A stretch of DNA of 62,881 bases from an uncultured Methanotrichaceae archaeon (GTDB lineage: Archaea > Halobacteriota > Methanosarcinia > Methanotrichales > Methanotrichaceae): contig CAZMZV010000001.1 of the NCBI GenBank assembly GCA_964570975.1, positions 5,084 to 67,964 on the forward strand, written 5' to 3'. The translations under genes and the position numbers were made by a program. Of this stretch, positions 1 to 10,322 are shown piece by piece. The first letter of the stretch is position 1. The number at the start of each line of letters is the position of its first letter. Below the pieces are notes generated by a model. The model did not search any database. It worked only from the letters and a program-made list of their open reading frames with translations, and was not told the DNA's origin.

Positions 1-186
1 ATTATGTACTTGGTCATTGCACTGAGATCATAAATTCAGTCTTATTTGTCTTTTACCCACCCGATTTGGACATGCCCAAATCAACCAAGAGCTCAACTAT
101 GGAATGAAAACGGTTCATCTTCGAAGGGATGTTAATGCCAAAGCGACTGAGATAAGCAGATGCCCTTTAGACACGTCCAATGCATC

Positions 187-276
187 GGATCTCCCCGGAT
201 AAGCGCTGAGGCCAGAAGTTTGGATCTTTACCGCTTCTGCATGTCAGAAACACTTAATCCTTATTCGGACAGGTCC
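187..276 (+). mobile_element. MITE family A copy (degenerate left TIR)
   Basis: ggatctccccggataag...cttattcggacaggtcc; matches six other copies in the window; flanks only loosely duplicated (atgcatc/atacatc). Confidence 0.8.
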
Positions 277-332
277 ATACATCTGTCGTAAGACTGATAA
301 ATTAATAGATACAATTTATTTATGGTGATGAT

Positions 333-770
333 ATGGCTGTGATATCCCCTGAGGACATAAGATGGTTCCAGAAGAGAATAAACCGCATGTTGGAGGAGAT
401 GGGCATCGACTCGAAGGAGATGCGCCGCTTTCAGGAGCGTTTGACCGGTTTGATGGAGGAGATGGGCGAAGTTCCACCGGTTGATATCGAAGAGAGGGAT
501 GAGGATATTGTTGTGAGAGTGGATCTCCCGGGCGTTGACAAGAAGGATGTAGAGCTTACGGTCGCCGAGGACGGTCTGAAGCTGAAGGCCAAAAGGGAGA
601 TCGAAGAGGGGAACTATTATCTGAGGGAGAGGCGAGGAAGCTTCGAGAGAATTATAACACTTCCCGCAGAGGTTAAACTCGAGGATGCGAAGGCGAAGCT
701 AAAAGATGGTATCCTCGAGATCGTGATCCCGAAGGTGGTATCTCCGAGAAGAAGGGTGACGATAGAGTAA
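333..770 (+). CDS. hsp20: Small heat shock protein (Hsp20/alpha-crystallin)
   Basis: PPVDIEE...VDLPGVDK...ERRGSFERIITLP...AKLKDGILEIVIPK alpha-crystallin signature. Confidence 0.95.
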   Translation: MAVISPEDIRWFQKRINRMLEEMGIDSKEMRRFQERLTGLMEEMGEVPPVDIEERDEDIVVRVDLPGVDKKDVELTVAEDGLKLKAKREIEEGNYYLRERRGSFERIITLPAEVKLEDAKAKLKDGILEIVIPKVVSPRRRVTIE

Positions 771-788
771 ACACGATAGAACCCGGCC

Positions 789-2024
789 TTACGGCCGCGG
801 GTCCATCTCTCTTACCTGCTCAGGGCTGGAAAGGTGAAGCATGTGGTGGAGCTTGTCCCTCTTCGTCTCGAGATAACGCCTGTTTATCTCGTTGGGCTCC
901 ACCTCGAGCGGCACGCGCTCCACTATCTCCAGCCCGTACCCCTGTAGTCCAACTATCTTTCTCGGATTGTTGGTAAGCAGTCGCATCTTTCTTATTCCGA
1001 GATCGAGCAGTATCTGGGCACCTATCCCGTAATCCCTGAGATCTGCCGGATACCCAAGCTTGTGGTTGGCCTCCACGGTGTCGCTGCCGCTGTCCTGAAG
1101 CTCGTACGCTCTGAGTTTGTTGGCGAGTCCGATTCCGCGACCTTCTTGATTCATGTATATCAGCGCACCGTTGCCGTTCTTGCTTATCATCTCCAGAGCC
1201 CGCCTGAGCTGCTCACCGCAGTCGCATCGTCGCGACCTGAATGTGTCTCCGGTGAGGCACTGCGAATGCACCCTGATGAGAGCATCATCCGCAGTCGGAT
1301 CGCCGGCTATCAAGGCTATATGGCACTGCCCGTCGAGCATGCTCTCGTATCCTATCGCTTTGAAATCTCCATACTCGGTCGGCATGCAGACCTCCGCGAT
1401 CCTCCTGACAAGCCTCTCACGCCTGATCCTGTATCTTATGAGATCTTCGATCGTAACCATCTTTAGCCCATGTTTCTGCGCGAATTCCTCGAGCTCCGGG
1501 AGTCTCGCCATCGTCCCGTCTTCGGCCATGATCTCGCATATTACGCCTGCTGGATATAGACCCGCGAGCCGTGCGAGATCGACGGCAGCCTCTGTATGAC
1601 CGGCGCGCCTTAAAACACCACCATCGAGCGCCTGAAGTGGAAATGTATGTCCTGGTGAGACGAGATCTCCGCGAGTTGTTGATGGATCTATAAGCGTGCG
1701 AATCGTTGTAGCGCGATCGAATGCCGAGATCCCTGTGGTGACGCCCCTCTTAGCATCTACAGATATTGTGAAGGCCGTGCCCATGCTTTCTGTATTATAC
1801 TGCGTCATCATCGGGAGCTCGAGCTGCCTGATGCGCTCGGCTGTGAGCGGGACACATATCAGGCCGCGTGCATACTTCGCCATGAAGTTTATGGCCTCAG
1901 GCGTGACCTTTTCGGCGGCCATCACCAAATCGCCCTCGTTCTCCCTCGATTCGTCATCCAGGACTATCACAAACCTGCCATCACGAATGTCCTTGATCGC
2001 CTCATCCACCGTAGAAAACGGCAT
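789..2024 (-). CDS. ribBA: Bifunctional DHBP synthase / GTP cyclohydrolase II
   Basis: [10 protein letters not shown] and RAGHTEA (RibB); [10 protein letters not shown]...[19 protein letters not shown] (RibA); likely start MPFSTVDE at 2024 because the longer ORF runs into a MITE. Confidence 0.95.
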   Translation of the reverse strand: MPFSTVDEAIKDIRDGRFVIVLDDESRENEGDLVMAAEKVTPEAINFMAKYARGLICVPLTAERIRQLELPMMTQYNTESMGTAFTISVDAKRGVTTGISAFDRATTIRTLIDPSTTRGDLVSPGHTFPLQALDGGVLRRAGHTEAAVDLARLAGLYPAGVICEIMAEDGTMARLPELEEFAQKHGLKMVTIEDLIRYRIRRERLVRRIAEVCMPTEYGDFKAIGYESMLDGQCHIALIAGDPTADDALIRVHSQCLTGDTFRSRRCDCGEQLRRALEMISKNGNGALIYMNQEGRGIGLANKLRAYELQDSGSDTVEANHKLGYPADLRDYGIGAQILLDLGIRKMRLLTNNPRKIVGLQGYGLEIVERVPLEVEPNEINRRYLETKRDKLHHMLHLSSPEQVREMDPRP

Positions 2025-2073
2025 GATATTGCGGAGGTTGTGAAAAATACTTAAAGCCTTTCCATCTCCGCCC

Positions 2074-2154
2074 GGACATGTCCGGATGAGCGCTGAGGCC
2101 ATTGTTTACCGCTTCTGCATGTCAGAAACACTTGATCCTTATTCGGACACATCC
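2074..2154 (+). mobile_element. MITE family A copy (short variant)
   Basis: TIR ggacatgtccggatgag/cttattcggacacatcc; flanks ctccgccc/ctccgctc (7/8 TSD). Confidence 0.85.
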
Positions 2155-2229
2155 CTCCGCTCTAACAAGCGCAGGCAGCAAGCAGACGGGCGCTGTATGG
2201 CAAGAGATCGCAAGATGCCTTAATATCTT

Positions 2230-3591
2230 TCAATCCAGCGATACGACCTCCCCCATAGCAGGAATCTTCACCCTAACATCGAACCGCTCATGTATCAGCC
2301 GGGCCAGCGAGTCCACGGCCGTAGTCTCGCCATGGTTTAAAAAAATCTGTGATGGGAAGCTCTCGAATCCCTCAAGCCAGTTCAATAGCTCGCTTCTCCC
2401 CGCATGCGCTGAGAATGCAGCCAGGGACTCTATCCTGGCCTTTACCTTCAGCTCCTTGCCCATCACCTTTACCTTGCCCGCGCCGCTCAACAGCTGCCTG
2501 CCCAGTGTGCCTTCCGCCTGATATCCGACAAAGACGATCGTGCTGTTCGGCCTTTCTAGATTGTGATAGAGATGGTGCAGAACTCTGCCGCCTGTGCACA
2601 TTCCACTGGCTGATATGATTATATGCGGTTCTTTCCGGGAGTTTATGGCCTTCGACTCTTCTCTAGAGCGGACATACTTAATTCCGGGGAACTCCAGCGG
2701 GTTATCACCACGCCGGAGCATCTCCAGAGTCTCGGAGTCGAAGCACTCCGGATGCCGGGCATAGATCTCTGTTGCTGAGATCGCCAAGGGGCTGTCCACG
2801 AAACACTGCAGCCCACCCAATAAACCCGCTTCTGCATAAGAGTTCAGCTCGAAGAGTATCTCCTGGGTTCTTCCCACAGCAAAAGCTGGAACGACTATAT
2901 TTCCACCCTGCTCGGCCGTCTCCTTTACGATCTTGAAAAGCCTCTCACCCCTTTTATCCTGGGGCTCGTGATCCCGGTCACCATAGGTTGACTCCATCAC
3001 TAGCCAGTCGGCATCCTTAATTTGATAGGGGTCCCGCAGGAAAGGAGCATTTTGGCGCCCTATATCTCCGGAGAATATCAGCTTCTTACCTTTGATCTCG
3101 ATCTCCAGCATGGATGATCCAATAATATGTCCAGCGTCATGGAACCGAACAGCCAGCTCGTCCTGTACAAAGGATCTACCATAACCGATAACACGGAATC
3201 GACCAATTGCACGCTCCACGTCCTTCTCATCGTAGAGAGGGGCATAGGGATAACCTCCCTCGGCGTGGCCTCTCTCCGCATCTTCCGCCATGATGTGTGC
3301 CGCGTCTTTTAGCATAATCTCGCAGAGATCCGCGGTCGCCGGCGTGCAGAAGATCGAACCTCTCATGCCCTGCTTTACCAGTAGGGGAATGCGACCGCTG
3401 TGATCAATATGAGCATGAGTGAGTAATACAGCTTGAAGGTCTCGTGGGCTGTGTCCAAAACCCATCCGATTCTTTTCAGAGTCCCTCCCTTGAAAAAGAC
3501 CTGCATCGATGCCGATTCTCATGCCGTTATAATCTAAAACCATATGAGAACCGGTTACACCACCCGCTGCGCCATGAAATTCAAGCTTCAT
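2230..3591 (-). CDS. MBL-fold beta-CASP ribonuclease
   Basis: THAHIDHSG, AGHIIGS, FSGDIG, MESTYG, AFAVGRTQE, FSAHA, NHGE motifs. Confidence 0.92.
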   Translation of the reverse strand: MKLEFHGAAGGVTGSHMVLDYNGMRIGIDAGLFQGRDSEKNRMGFGHSPRDLQAVLLTHAHIDHSGRIPLLVKQGMRGSIFCTPATADLCEIMLKDAAHIMAEDAERGHAEGGYPYAPLYDEKDVERAIGRFRVIGYGRSFVQDELAVRFHDAGHIIGSSMLEIEIKGKKLIFSGDIGRQNAPFLRDPYQIKDADWLVMESTYGDRDHEPQDKRGERLFKIVKETAEQGGNIVVPAFAVGRTQEILFELNSYAEAGLLGGLQCFVDSPLAISATEIYARHPECFDSETLEMLRRGDNPLEFPGIKYVRSREESKAINSRKEPHIIISASGMCTGGRVLHHLYHNLERPNSTIVFVGYQAEGTLGRQLLSGAGKVKVMGKELKVKARIESLAAFSAHAGRSELLNWLEGFESFPSQIFLNHGETTAVDSLARLIHERFDVRVKIPAMGEVVSLD

Positions 3592-3771
3592 GTACTAAGA
3601 TGAAGCATTCAGCAAGATTAAGCTTCCTAGACACATTCAAGAGATACCCAAATAGTGGCGAAAGCTGTTTGCCACTTCCGAAGAGATATATTCGCTTCAC
3701 GATCTCCAGTCCTTTGCAGCCTTTTTCAGTGTGCAAGTCGATTCAAGCCCATGATGAGCCAAATGAGAATT

Positions 3772-3811
3772 GTGACTTCCCCTCCGGCCTGAAGACCGAA
3801 GTCTTCGCTAA
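3772..3811 (-). repeat. Hairpin repeat family H (IS200/IS605-end-like)
   Basis: reverse complement ttagcgaagacttcggtcttcaggccggaggggaagtcac. Confidence 0.75.
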
Positions 3812-3904
3812 CCCTGCCCCCCATCTCCATAACTTACGCCATCTGTGTGAATTGTGGTTGGATCGCGCAGCCAGCAGGCCGTTAACATCGCTATATTGTG
3901 CGGT

Positions 3905-4474
3905 TTATCTCAACCTCTCTATCCTCGCCATGCCGTCCCACGTCAAGCCCTGGCTGTTGAAGGCATAGTATTTGCCGATGAGATAATCGCCTCTTATCCT
4001 AAGAACGCATCTGTAGAGTATCATATCATCTGTGAGAGCATCAAGGTAGAGCACATCATCGAGTATCTGACCTGTCACATAGATATTCGGATAACCAGCG
4101 GCAGTGCTACCGCGGCCAAATATCACATCTCTGTTCTGATAAAGCACAAGATCTGCAGTTGCCCCAGAGCCGATGTTCAGCTTCCATGAGCCATCTATTT
4201 TGTAGCTGCGAGGTGCTTGATAAGTGGAATAGGGTTTATAACCGGAACTCCACCTCCCAATCTTTTCTAGATATTCCCATGTGTGCTCGATATCTGGCAT
4301 GCTCATTAGCAGATCGATTCCGAGGGGGTCTGGCTCAAGGATCTCAACCGTTGAAGTTCCATTCCCAAGGCTGCTTGTCCTTCTGAGATCCACCACATCG
4401 GGGCTCTGAGAGTGGCCGAGGATGATAACACAGAGGACCAGCGCTCCCCAGGCCAGAAGTATCTTGCTGAACAC
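3905..4474 (-). CDS. Secreted hypothetical protein
   Basis: 189-aa ORF, hydrophobic N-terminus, AGGTGA SD upstream. Confidence 0.75.
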   Translation of the reverse strand: MFSKILLAWGALVLCVIILGHSQSPDVVDLRRTSSLGNGTSTVEILEPDPLGIDLLMSMPDIEHTWEYLEKIGRWSSGYKPYSTYQAPRSYKIDGSWKLNIGSGATADLVLYQNRDVIFGRGSTAAGYPNIYVTGQILDDVLYLDALTDDMILYRCVLRIRGDYLIGKYYAFNSQGLTWDGMARIERLR

Positions 4475-4551
4475 CTATCTCACCTTTATTTCGGTTTAGT
4501 CATTTATAATAAAAGGACAACGATTATATGACATCTATATGATATCTAGAT

Positions 4552-4648
4552 GAGGATCCATAAAATACATATTTTTTATATAAAAATATTGTTGATATAA
4601 GTGTGCAGCAAGACGCGAGCATCTTAAAAATAGGATTTAGGAATCCTC
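4552..4648. mobile_element. MITE family B copy (degenerate)
   Basis: gaggatccataaaa...tttaggaatcctc; core cgcgagcatcttaaaaa shared with 59351-59449. Confidence 0.7.
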
Positions 4649-4677
4649 GGTGGTTAAGCGCTTCTGTCTCCACACCT

Positions 4678-4767
4678 GGACCTGTCCGGATAAGCGTTGA
4701 GGCCGGAAATTTGGACCTTTACCGCTTCTGCATGTCAGAAGCACTTAATCCTTATTCGGACAGGTCT
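4678..4767 (+). mobile_element. MITE family A copy
   Basis: ggacctgtccggataag...cttattcggacaggtc; flanks tccacacct/tccacacat. Confidence 0.88.
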
Positions 4768-4827
4768 TCCACACATTCTATGACGCTTATAATGCTATGC
4801 TGGCAGCTTCCACGACGAGCCTGGAGC

Positions 4828-5853
4828 TTACCCTATTCGCACATCCGCAACAGCGTGTACGATACCCGGGGCGTACTTTTTGATTCTGTGGCATCCTAGA
4901 GGCTCGGCATCCCTTCCCAGCAGGGCAGCAGCATGCACGACTGGTCTCAGAATAGCGTCAGGATACTGCCAGATGGGAACAATCTGATGGTAATGAATGA
5001 CTCCTCGTGGCTTAAGAGCCTCTATTCCCTTCAGCAGATATCTCTCTGTCACCCCCACCATCCCCATTATGACCCTTTCAGCGACCCCTCTGGGGGTTGC
5101 ATAAGCACAATCTCCAAGCACGGGCTCTACTATATCCTCCACATGGTTAAGCCTGATGTTCTCTAGAAGGTAGCTGTAAGCGACCGGATTTATCTCTATG
5201 GCGATTATCCTCGAAGGTCTGGAATGAACAGCCATGGGTATTGCGAAATATCCTATGCCAGAGAACATATCAACAACAGTTTCGTTCTTTCCGAGCAATG
5301 CCATTCGCATTCTTTCCTTAATGTTCCCGGGGGAGAACATTATCCGCATGGGATCGAGCTTGAAGAGAACGCCATTCTCCTTGTGTATCGTCTCATGTGG
5401 CGTTCCGGCGATGACCTCCCTGCACGGCTCTCTGAACTGGCCTATCACACCATGGTCTGCGAGAACGCATGTGCACCTCGGATACAGCCTGAGAAGAGCA
5501 GTGCCTATCAGCTTTTTGTACTCCGCGAGCTGAGAGGGGATCTTGACGATTATAGTGTCCCCCAGAATGAACCAGCCTTTCGGTATCTGCTCTCTGAGAT
5601 TCTCTGGGATCGAGCCGTTGAGGAGATCTGCGAGCTCTGGCGGCCTGAGATAGTACTCTGGTGCAGCTTGCTCTATAACATCCATCCCTGGGATAGGCGC
5701 GAGAACCGGTATCTCGACGATCCCATCTCTGTGTACGATCTTCCTGCTCTTATCGAGCAGACCTGCATCAAGAGCCTTTGAGAGGACACTCGCTGCTTTG
5801 GAGTTTGCCGTTATCACAGCGAGCCTATCGCTTCCGCATGTAGCTCTGGTCAA
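4828..5853 (-). CDS. Trm5/TYW2 (Taw2)-family SAM-dependent tRNA-modifying enzyme
   Basis: HKENG, MFSPGN..ER, VVDMFSGIGYF, IEINP, IHYH, KKYAPG (Met-10+ family). Confidence 0.88.
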   Translation of the reverse strand: MTRATCGSDRLAVITANSKAASVLSKALDAGLLDKSRKIVHRDGIVEIPVLAPIPGMDVIEQAAPEYYLRPPELADLLNGSIPENLREQIPKGWFILGDTIIVKIPSQLAEYKKLIGTALLRLYPRCTCVLADHGVIGQFREPCREVIAGTPHETIHKENGVLFKLDPMRIMFSPGNIKERMRMALLGKNETVVDMFSGIGYFAIPMAVHSRPSRIIAIEINPVAYSYLLENIRLNHVEDIVEPVLGDCAYATPRGVAERVIMGMVGVTERYLLKGIEALKPRGVIHYHQIVPIWQYPDAILRPVVHAAALLGRDAEPLGCHRIKKYAPGIVHAVADVRIG

Positions 5854-7087
5854 ACTTCACCCTCTCGGATGTGACGTTCAATCGGAGCACGAGCTCGTTA
5901 TCTTTCTTGCTTACCTCATAGCTTTTGCCATGTACGACAATGCCAGAGTCGTAATCCTCGGGCACCGCGATGCTCAGCACCACGGGCACATGCTGCCACT
6001 TCTCAGAGAGATCCACCTTTATGCTGGAGTCGGAGGATGATGACATCCTCACAACCGTGCCTCCGGAATGTGATACCGTCACTGTACCACCTTTTGCGCT
6101 CACCGCTCTATCGATGTTCTCCGGAAGCCTAAGCTCTATATTATGCTCTATGCCGGCTGGATTCTCTATGTCCAGTGTCAGAGCGCTCTCGTTGATGTCG
6201 TTCGAGAGGTAAGCGGTATACATTATATGCTCCACCTGAGCATTCGGGGTGAGAGGTACATAAATGAAGAATGCCCCCATACCGATGAGTAGAAGCAATG
6301 CGAGCAGAACCAGGCCGACCTCCCTCCGCGAGTATCTGGCTCTCTTCTCCTCAACAGTTTCCGCGGCTCTCAATTCAGCGGTCTTTTCCGGAATTATCTG
6401 CTCCTCAGAAGGCTTCTTTACAGCCTCCTCCACTTCCTCGTAAAGGGACTCAGCCACATCGTGCTTTGGTGGGGTTGCAGGAGCCTCTTTCTCTAAAGAT
6501 ACCTCCTCAGGAGTTGGAGCCTCTTCCGCGGCTTCGATCTCAGGCGCCTCCTCTCGAGCCCCCACCTCAGAGACCGCCGGTCTTTCCTCTTCATATGCTT
6601 CGCCAGCTGCCTCTTCTTCGGCCGCAGGCTTCACCTCTAATTTAGGAAGCAGGGGTACCTTACGCCTGCTTGGTAATGTGACCGTGCCGGCTTCGAAATC
6701 GAAGATCAAATCCGTATAGACACCAGATGAGTCGACGAAATGGCTGGCCCTGGGGATAAGATAAGAGACGCCGGAGATCTTGACCTCGTCGAAGAACTCC
6801 GTGTTCTTCATCAGCCTGTCCTTGAATGCATAGATCGCCCCGCCCTCCATCTTAGTCTCAACCTCGCTGAGGCTGGGGAATCTGTCCTCTGAGACGGAGA
6901 GCTCCGCAGTCGCCTTTGCATAGGCCTCGAAGAAGACCCGGCTCATCCTGTTGAGCCTGTTTGTGTACCTTCTATCGAATAGGAATGAGAAGCTTTCTCC
7001 TTTGAGCTGAAGTGGCCCCTTGCCCTCTTTCGCGAGCTTCCATGCCGAGAAGGAAACATCCATCGTATCAATACCAGCCCAGACCAC
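5825..7087 (-). CDS. Hypothetical bitopic membrane protein with acidic linker
   Basis: N-terminal domain, E/A/P-rich linker, one TM (VGLVLLALLLLIGMGAFFIYV), C-terminal domain; start may be 7063. Confidence 0.8.
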   Translation of the reverse strand: MVWAGIDTMDVSFSAWKLAKEGKGPLQLKGESFSFLFDRRYTNRLNRMSRVFFEAYAKATAELSVSEDRFPSLSEVETKMEGGAIYAFKDRLMKNTEFFDEVKISGVSYLIPRASHFVDSSGVYTDLIFDFEAGTVTLPSRRKVPLLPKLEVKPAAEEEAAGEAYEEERPAVSEVGAREEAPEIEAAEEAPTPEEVSLEKEAPATPPKHDVAESLYEEVEEAVKKPSEEQIIPEKTAELRAAETVEEKRARYSRREVGLVLLALLLLIGMGAFFIYVPLTPNAQVEHIMYTAYLSNDINESALTLDIENPAGIEHNIELRLPENIDRAVSAKGGTVTVSHSGGTVVRMSSSSDSSIKVDLSEKWQHVPVVLSIAVPEDYDSGIVVHGKSYEVSKKDNELVLRLNVTSERVKFDQSYMRKR

Positions 7088-7542
7088 GATAAGTAATTTT
7101 TGTTATCATGCCTGCCTACACTATTGATTTGAGATCGTTTGAGTCTGACTACCTAGCGACCTTCTGATGGGATTGCAGAACCCACATCTCCTTCAGCCCT
7201 GAGTCCTGGCTCTTATAATTGCCCTCAGTAGAGATAGGAGGAGTGCAAAACTCTGTAGACGTTATTGGTTGTTGGTGGGTGTGGCATAGACCGTTTGCTG
7301 GCTTGATGGTTGAATACCAACTTGAACTTTATGGCAGTCGAATGCATGAGGAACTCGCAGGATTTCAGGAGGCGTTGTGCCATTGGATGGTGATTACCGC
7401 GAGCCTATTCAGCGAATGAAGCATTTGATACCATGAGCAGTCATTCTAATCTAGGAAAAATCCCGGACGCTGGCGGTTTTCCGATGTTATAGACCTCATA
7501 TTACTCTCGTATAAGAGGTATCTTTAAATTCGGCATCATCTA

Positions 7543-8046
7543 ATGACCAAGATGATGAAGCGAGTAGGATTTGTGCTTGTGCTTCTGCTGGGCGTGGGGT
7601 TATACAGCGGATTCGCGACGGCAGAGCTGACCGCAAGCCAATGGTTGGATAGAGACAGCGTAGCTGTGGGCGAGACGGTCCTCGTAAATCTAAATCTGAT
7701 CTACGCAGGAGAGAACGCATCTCAGGTAAACGTCATGCCCATACTTCCATACGGCATAACAAGCTACGGTCCAGGCGTATACACGCTTATGCTCTACCCA
7801 AGCCAGCCTCAGGTCGTATCATATCCGGTAACCGCTGAGCATGCCGGATATTATGATGTAACATCCTCTATATCATATACGGAGTATGGCTTCAGGCGCG
7901 AGCTGAGAATGGTATCGCCTCTGGTCGTTGTTGCTCAGAGTCCACCAGCACCACCGCAGGGCGAATCGCCCAGTCATCCAGAAGATAACCCTCCCAAAGA
8001 TGGGCCAGCTGACCAGCCACCAGCTAACGACTGCATGCCACCATAG
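7543..8046 (+). CDS. Secreted protein with one Ig-like domain and a Pro-rich tail
   Basis: signal peptide MMKRVGFVLVLLLGVG..., beta-rich domain, P-rich C-terminus. Confidence 0.75.
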   Translation: MTKMMKRVGFVLVLLLGVGLYSGFATAELTASQWLDRDSVAVGETVLVNLNLIYAGENASQVNVMPILPYGITSYGPGVYTLMLYPSQPQVVSYPVTAEHAGYYDVTSSISYTEYGFRRELRMVSPLVVVAQSPPAPPQGESPSHPEDNPPKDGPADQPPANDCMPP

Positions 8047-8213
8047 AGCGAATTGGGTCGTGTAAGTGTGATCTGTGTGGAACCAAGCAGGACTCGTTAG
8101 GTATTGTGCCGTCGGATGGATGTTCCTGAGAAGCCATCCAGCGAATCAATCCCACCCAAATTCGGCCGACCTGTGATCCGCCACGTGATGCGGATCGGCG
8201 CTGCTCAAAACAC

Positions 8214-8255
8214 ATAGAAGGCCGCAAACACAGGTCTTCAGGCCGGAGAGGTCAC
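8214..8255 (+). repeat. Hairpin repeat family H
   Basis: atagaaggccgcaaacacaggtcttcaggccggagaggtcac. Confidence 0.75.
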
Positions 8256-8297
8256 CAGCATTAAACCGCAGGCAGATTTTTGGGACCAGTCGCGTGA

Positions 8298-8801
8298 TCA
8301 TTCGACTGTGATTTTTTTAACTCCATCGATCTCCTTCAGCACCGTGATGAGATCGCCGGGAATCTTTCCTTCTGTTATTATCGTCAGTTTCGGGTCCTCT
8401 ACGAAGAAGGGATCATCTGAGACGGCTTGACGTATGCTGAGACCATGCTTGGCCACTGCTATGGCGACATTGCCGAGGAGGCCTGTCTGTCTGGCATCGA
8501 CAGGGGTGATCTCGATCACACCCAACCCAAGAACTGGCGCGACATCCGCGAGAAACGGCACAGATCTGACATTCCGGAAGATCTTCCACAGCTCAGGGTC
8601 ATCGCGAATCGCCATCGCTGTGGTATCGACCACCCTTCTATCGACATCGAGCTCTTTGGCAATCTGAGCATGAGGTATCTCTATCGATCCGGACGCTACC
8701 CTGCCGCGCTCGTTTATCCGAAAGCCCCTTGACAGGATGAGCCTGACCACCTTTTCCTGCGCGGGATATCGCTTGAATTTGCTCAGGATCTGCTGCCACA
8801 T
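8298..8801 (-). CDS. ACT-domain regulator of amino acid metabolism (archaeal)
   Basis: N-terminal HTH-like IAKELDVDRRVV and C-terminal ACT-like domain (LSIRQAVSDDP). Confidence 0.85.
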   Translation of the reverse strand: MWQQILSKFKRYPAQEKVVRLILSRGFRINERGRVASGSIEIPHAQIAKELDVDRRVVDTTAMAIRDDPELWKIFRNVRSVPFLADVAPVLGLGVIEITPVDARQTGLLGNVAIAVAKHGLSIRQAVSDDPFFVEDPKLTIITEGKIPGDLITVLKEIDGVKKITVE

Positions 8802-8817
8802 TCAAGCGCCTCCATGC

Positions 8818-9915
8818 CTATCTGAACATCTCTCCAGGCGGCTCTTTTACATCTCTTCTGATGCGTTGCAGCGCGCCGAGGAGATGGCGCCGCTCGACGA
8901 ATCTTGCGTCCTCTATTATAGCCTGGTGGAGAGCCACCTTGAGGATCTTGTCCACAAGATCCCTGCCTGAGAAGCCTTCAGTCAGCCTCGCTATATCGAT
9001 TAGATCATCCTTCATCTCAAGCGGCATCTTTCCGGCGTTCTTCCTGAGGATCTCAAGACGCTCCTCGAAGGATGGCAGCTTGAACTCGATCTCCTCCTCG
9101 AACCTCGATCTTACGGATGAATCCAGAAGATCGATCTTGTTCGTCGCGGCTATTGTACAGACGCCGCGCCTAGCAGCTATGCCATCCATCTCTGTGAGGA
9201 GGGAATTCACTATCTCGGATACATCTCCTCTCAGATCCTGATAGCGCCTGTCCAGCGCTATGGCATCGACCTCATCTATGAATATTATGCAAGGTGCGAT
9301 CTGCTCAGCCTTCTCATAAAGGCTGTGAATCTGTCTCGCCCCCTCTCCCACGAATTCTCCGATCAAGCTCGTCGATTTTACGGGCAGCATGGGCACCTTC
9401 GACTCGGTGGCCAGCGCTCTGGCTATCATGGTCTTACCGGTGCCGGAGGGACCGTAGAAGAGTATGTTGCGGGGGGCCCAGGAGCCAAACCTCTCTGGAT
9501 CCTCAAGATAGCGCTTTATTATCTTGACCTTTCTCTTGGCATCCTCCTGTCCGATAACATCATCGAAGGATGCAGGCTCTATAACAACGCTCGGCTCGAT
9601 CTTCTTCTCTACCACTATTGTTGTGTCCGCCCCGATGACGGCCTCTCTCGGATATACCTTGACGACCTTGAATGCGAAATCGGGGTAGAGTCTCCGATCA
9701 AAGAGATACGTGCCCGGTCTTACGAATTCACCATACCACTGCTCTTTTGCATATCTCTCGAAAAGCACAGGATCCGAGACGACTGGAGATTCCTGAAATG
9801 TGCTCTTCAGAGGATAGCCTGCAGGTCTAAGCAGCAAAAACCTCGCACCTGTGATGCGATTTCTCTCTGCCTTTCCGCTCAACCCTTTTACGCTGGTCTT
9901 CTGGATAGATCGCAC
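8818..9915 (-). CDS. AAA+ ATPase (archaeal family with PRS2-like N-domain)
   Basis: Walker A GPSGTGKT, Walker B IIFIDE, SRH ATNKIDLLD...RSRFE. Confidence 0.92.
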   Translation of the reverse strand: MRSIQKTSVKGLSGKAERNRITGARFLLLRPAGYPLKSTFQESPVVSDPVLFERYAKEQWYGEFVRPGTYLFDRRLYPDFAFKVVKVYPREAVIGADTTIVVEKKIEPSVVIEPASFDDVIGQEDAKRKVKIIKRYLEDPERFGSWAPRNILFYGPSGTGKTMIARALATESKVPMLPVKSTSLIGEFVGEGARQIHSLYEKAEQIAPCIIFIDEVDAIALDRRYQDLRGDVSEIVNSLLTEMDGIAARRGVCTIAATNKIDLLDSSVRSRFEEEIEFKLPSFEERLEILRKNAGKMPLEMKDDLIDIARLTEGFSGRDLVDKILKVALHQAIIEDARFVERRHLLGALQRIRRDVKEPPGEMFR

Positions 9916-9965
9916 AGATAAAATAACTCCCTCTTAAGATAGTTAAATGTATTGGATCGAGACTC

Positions 9966-10055
9966 GACCAGTCCGGATAAGCGATGAGGCCCAGAAATTT
10001 TGACGTTCTCCTCTTCTGCATGTCAGAAACAGTTAATCCTTATTCGGACACGTCC
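9966..10055 (+). mobile_element. MITE family A copy
   Basis: gaccagtccggataag...cttattcggacacgtcc; flanks cgagactc/cgagaatc. Confidence 0.85.
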
Positions 10056-10154
10056 CGAGAATCGGACTGTATAGTCCCGAAATCTTTTGCTCTTACAGTC
10101 TCCCGAGTGGATGGGTAAGCGCAGTAATGTAGCTCAAATAACCAATAGCTTTAA

Positions 10155-10252
10155 GAGGATTCCTATAAACCTCCCTTTTAAGATTCTCGCTTGTTGCAGC
10201 ACACTTGTATTAATAATATTTATATCAAAAAGGTGGGTTTTTAGGAAACCTC
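10155..10252. mobile_element. MITE family B copy
   Basis: TIR gaggattcctataaacc/ggtttttaggaaacctc flanked by ttaa/ttaa; reverse complement of 59351-59449. Confidence 0.85.
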
Positions 10253-10322
10253 TTAAGGATTATTTATTCTTATACTCATATCTTATCTGGGGCCATTTGG
10301 CGAGGGAAAAACGGCGAATATC

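Noticed and set aside
3751..3792. Possible C/D-box sRNA (ATGATGA...CTGA)
   Set aside because: No convincing D'/C' boxes; the CTGA belongs to the family H repeat
4603..4899. Small similar ORFs (2102-2521, 4603-4899, 29332-29628, 9827-10021, 10087-10359, 59402-59674)
   Set aside because: Their similarity comes from translating MITE A or B sequence
7219..7419. 66-aa ORF in a long intergenic region
   Set aside because: TTG start and no recognisable family; region contains H-like fragments and looks decayed
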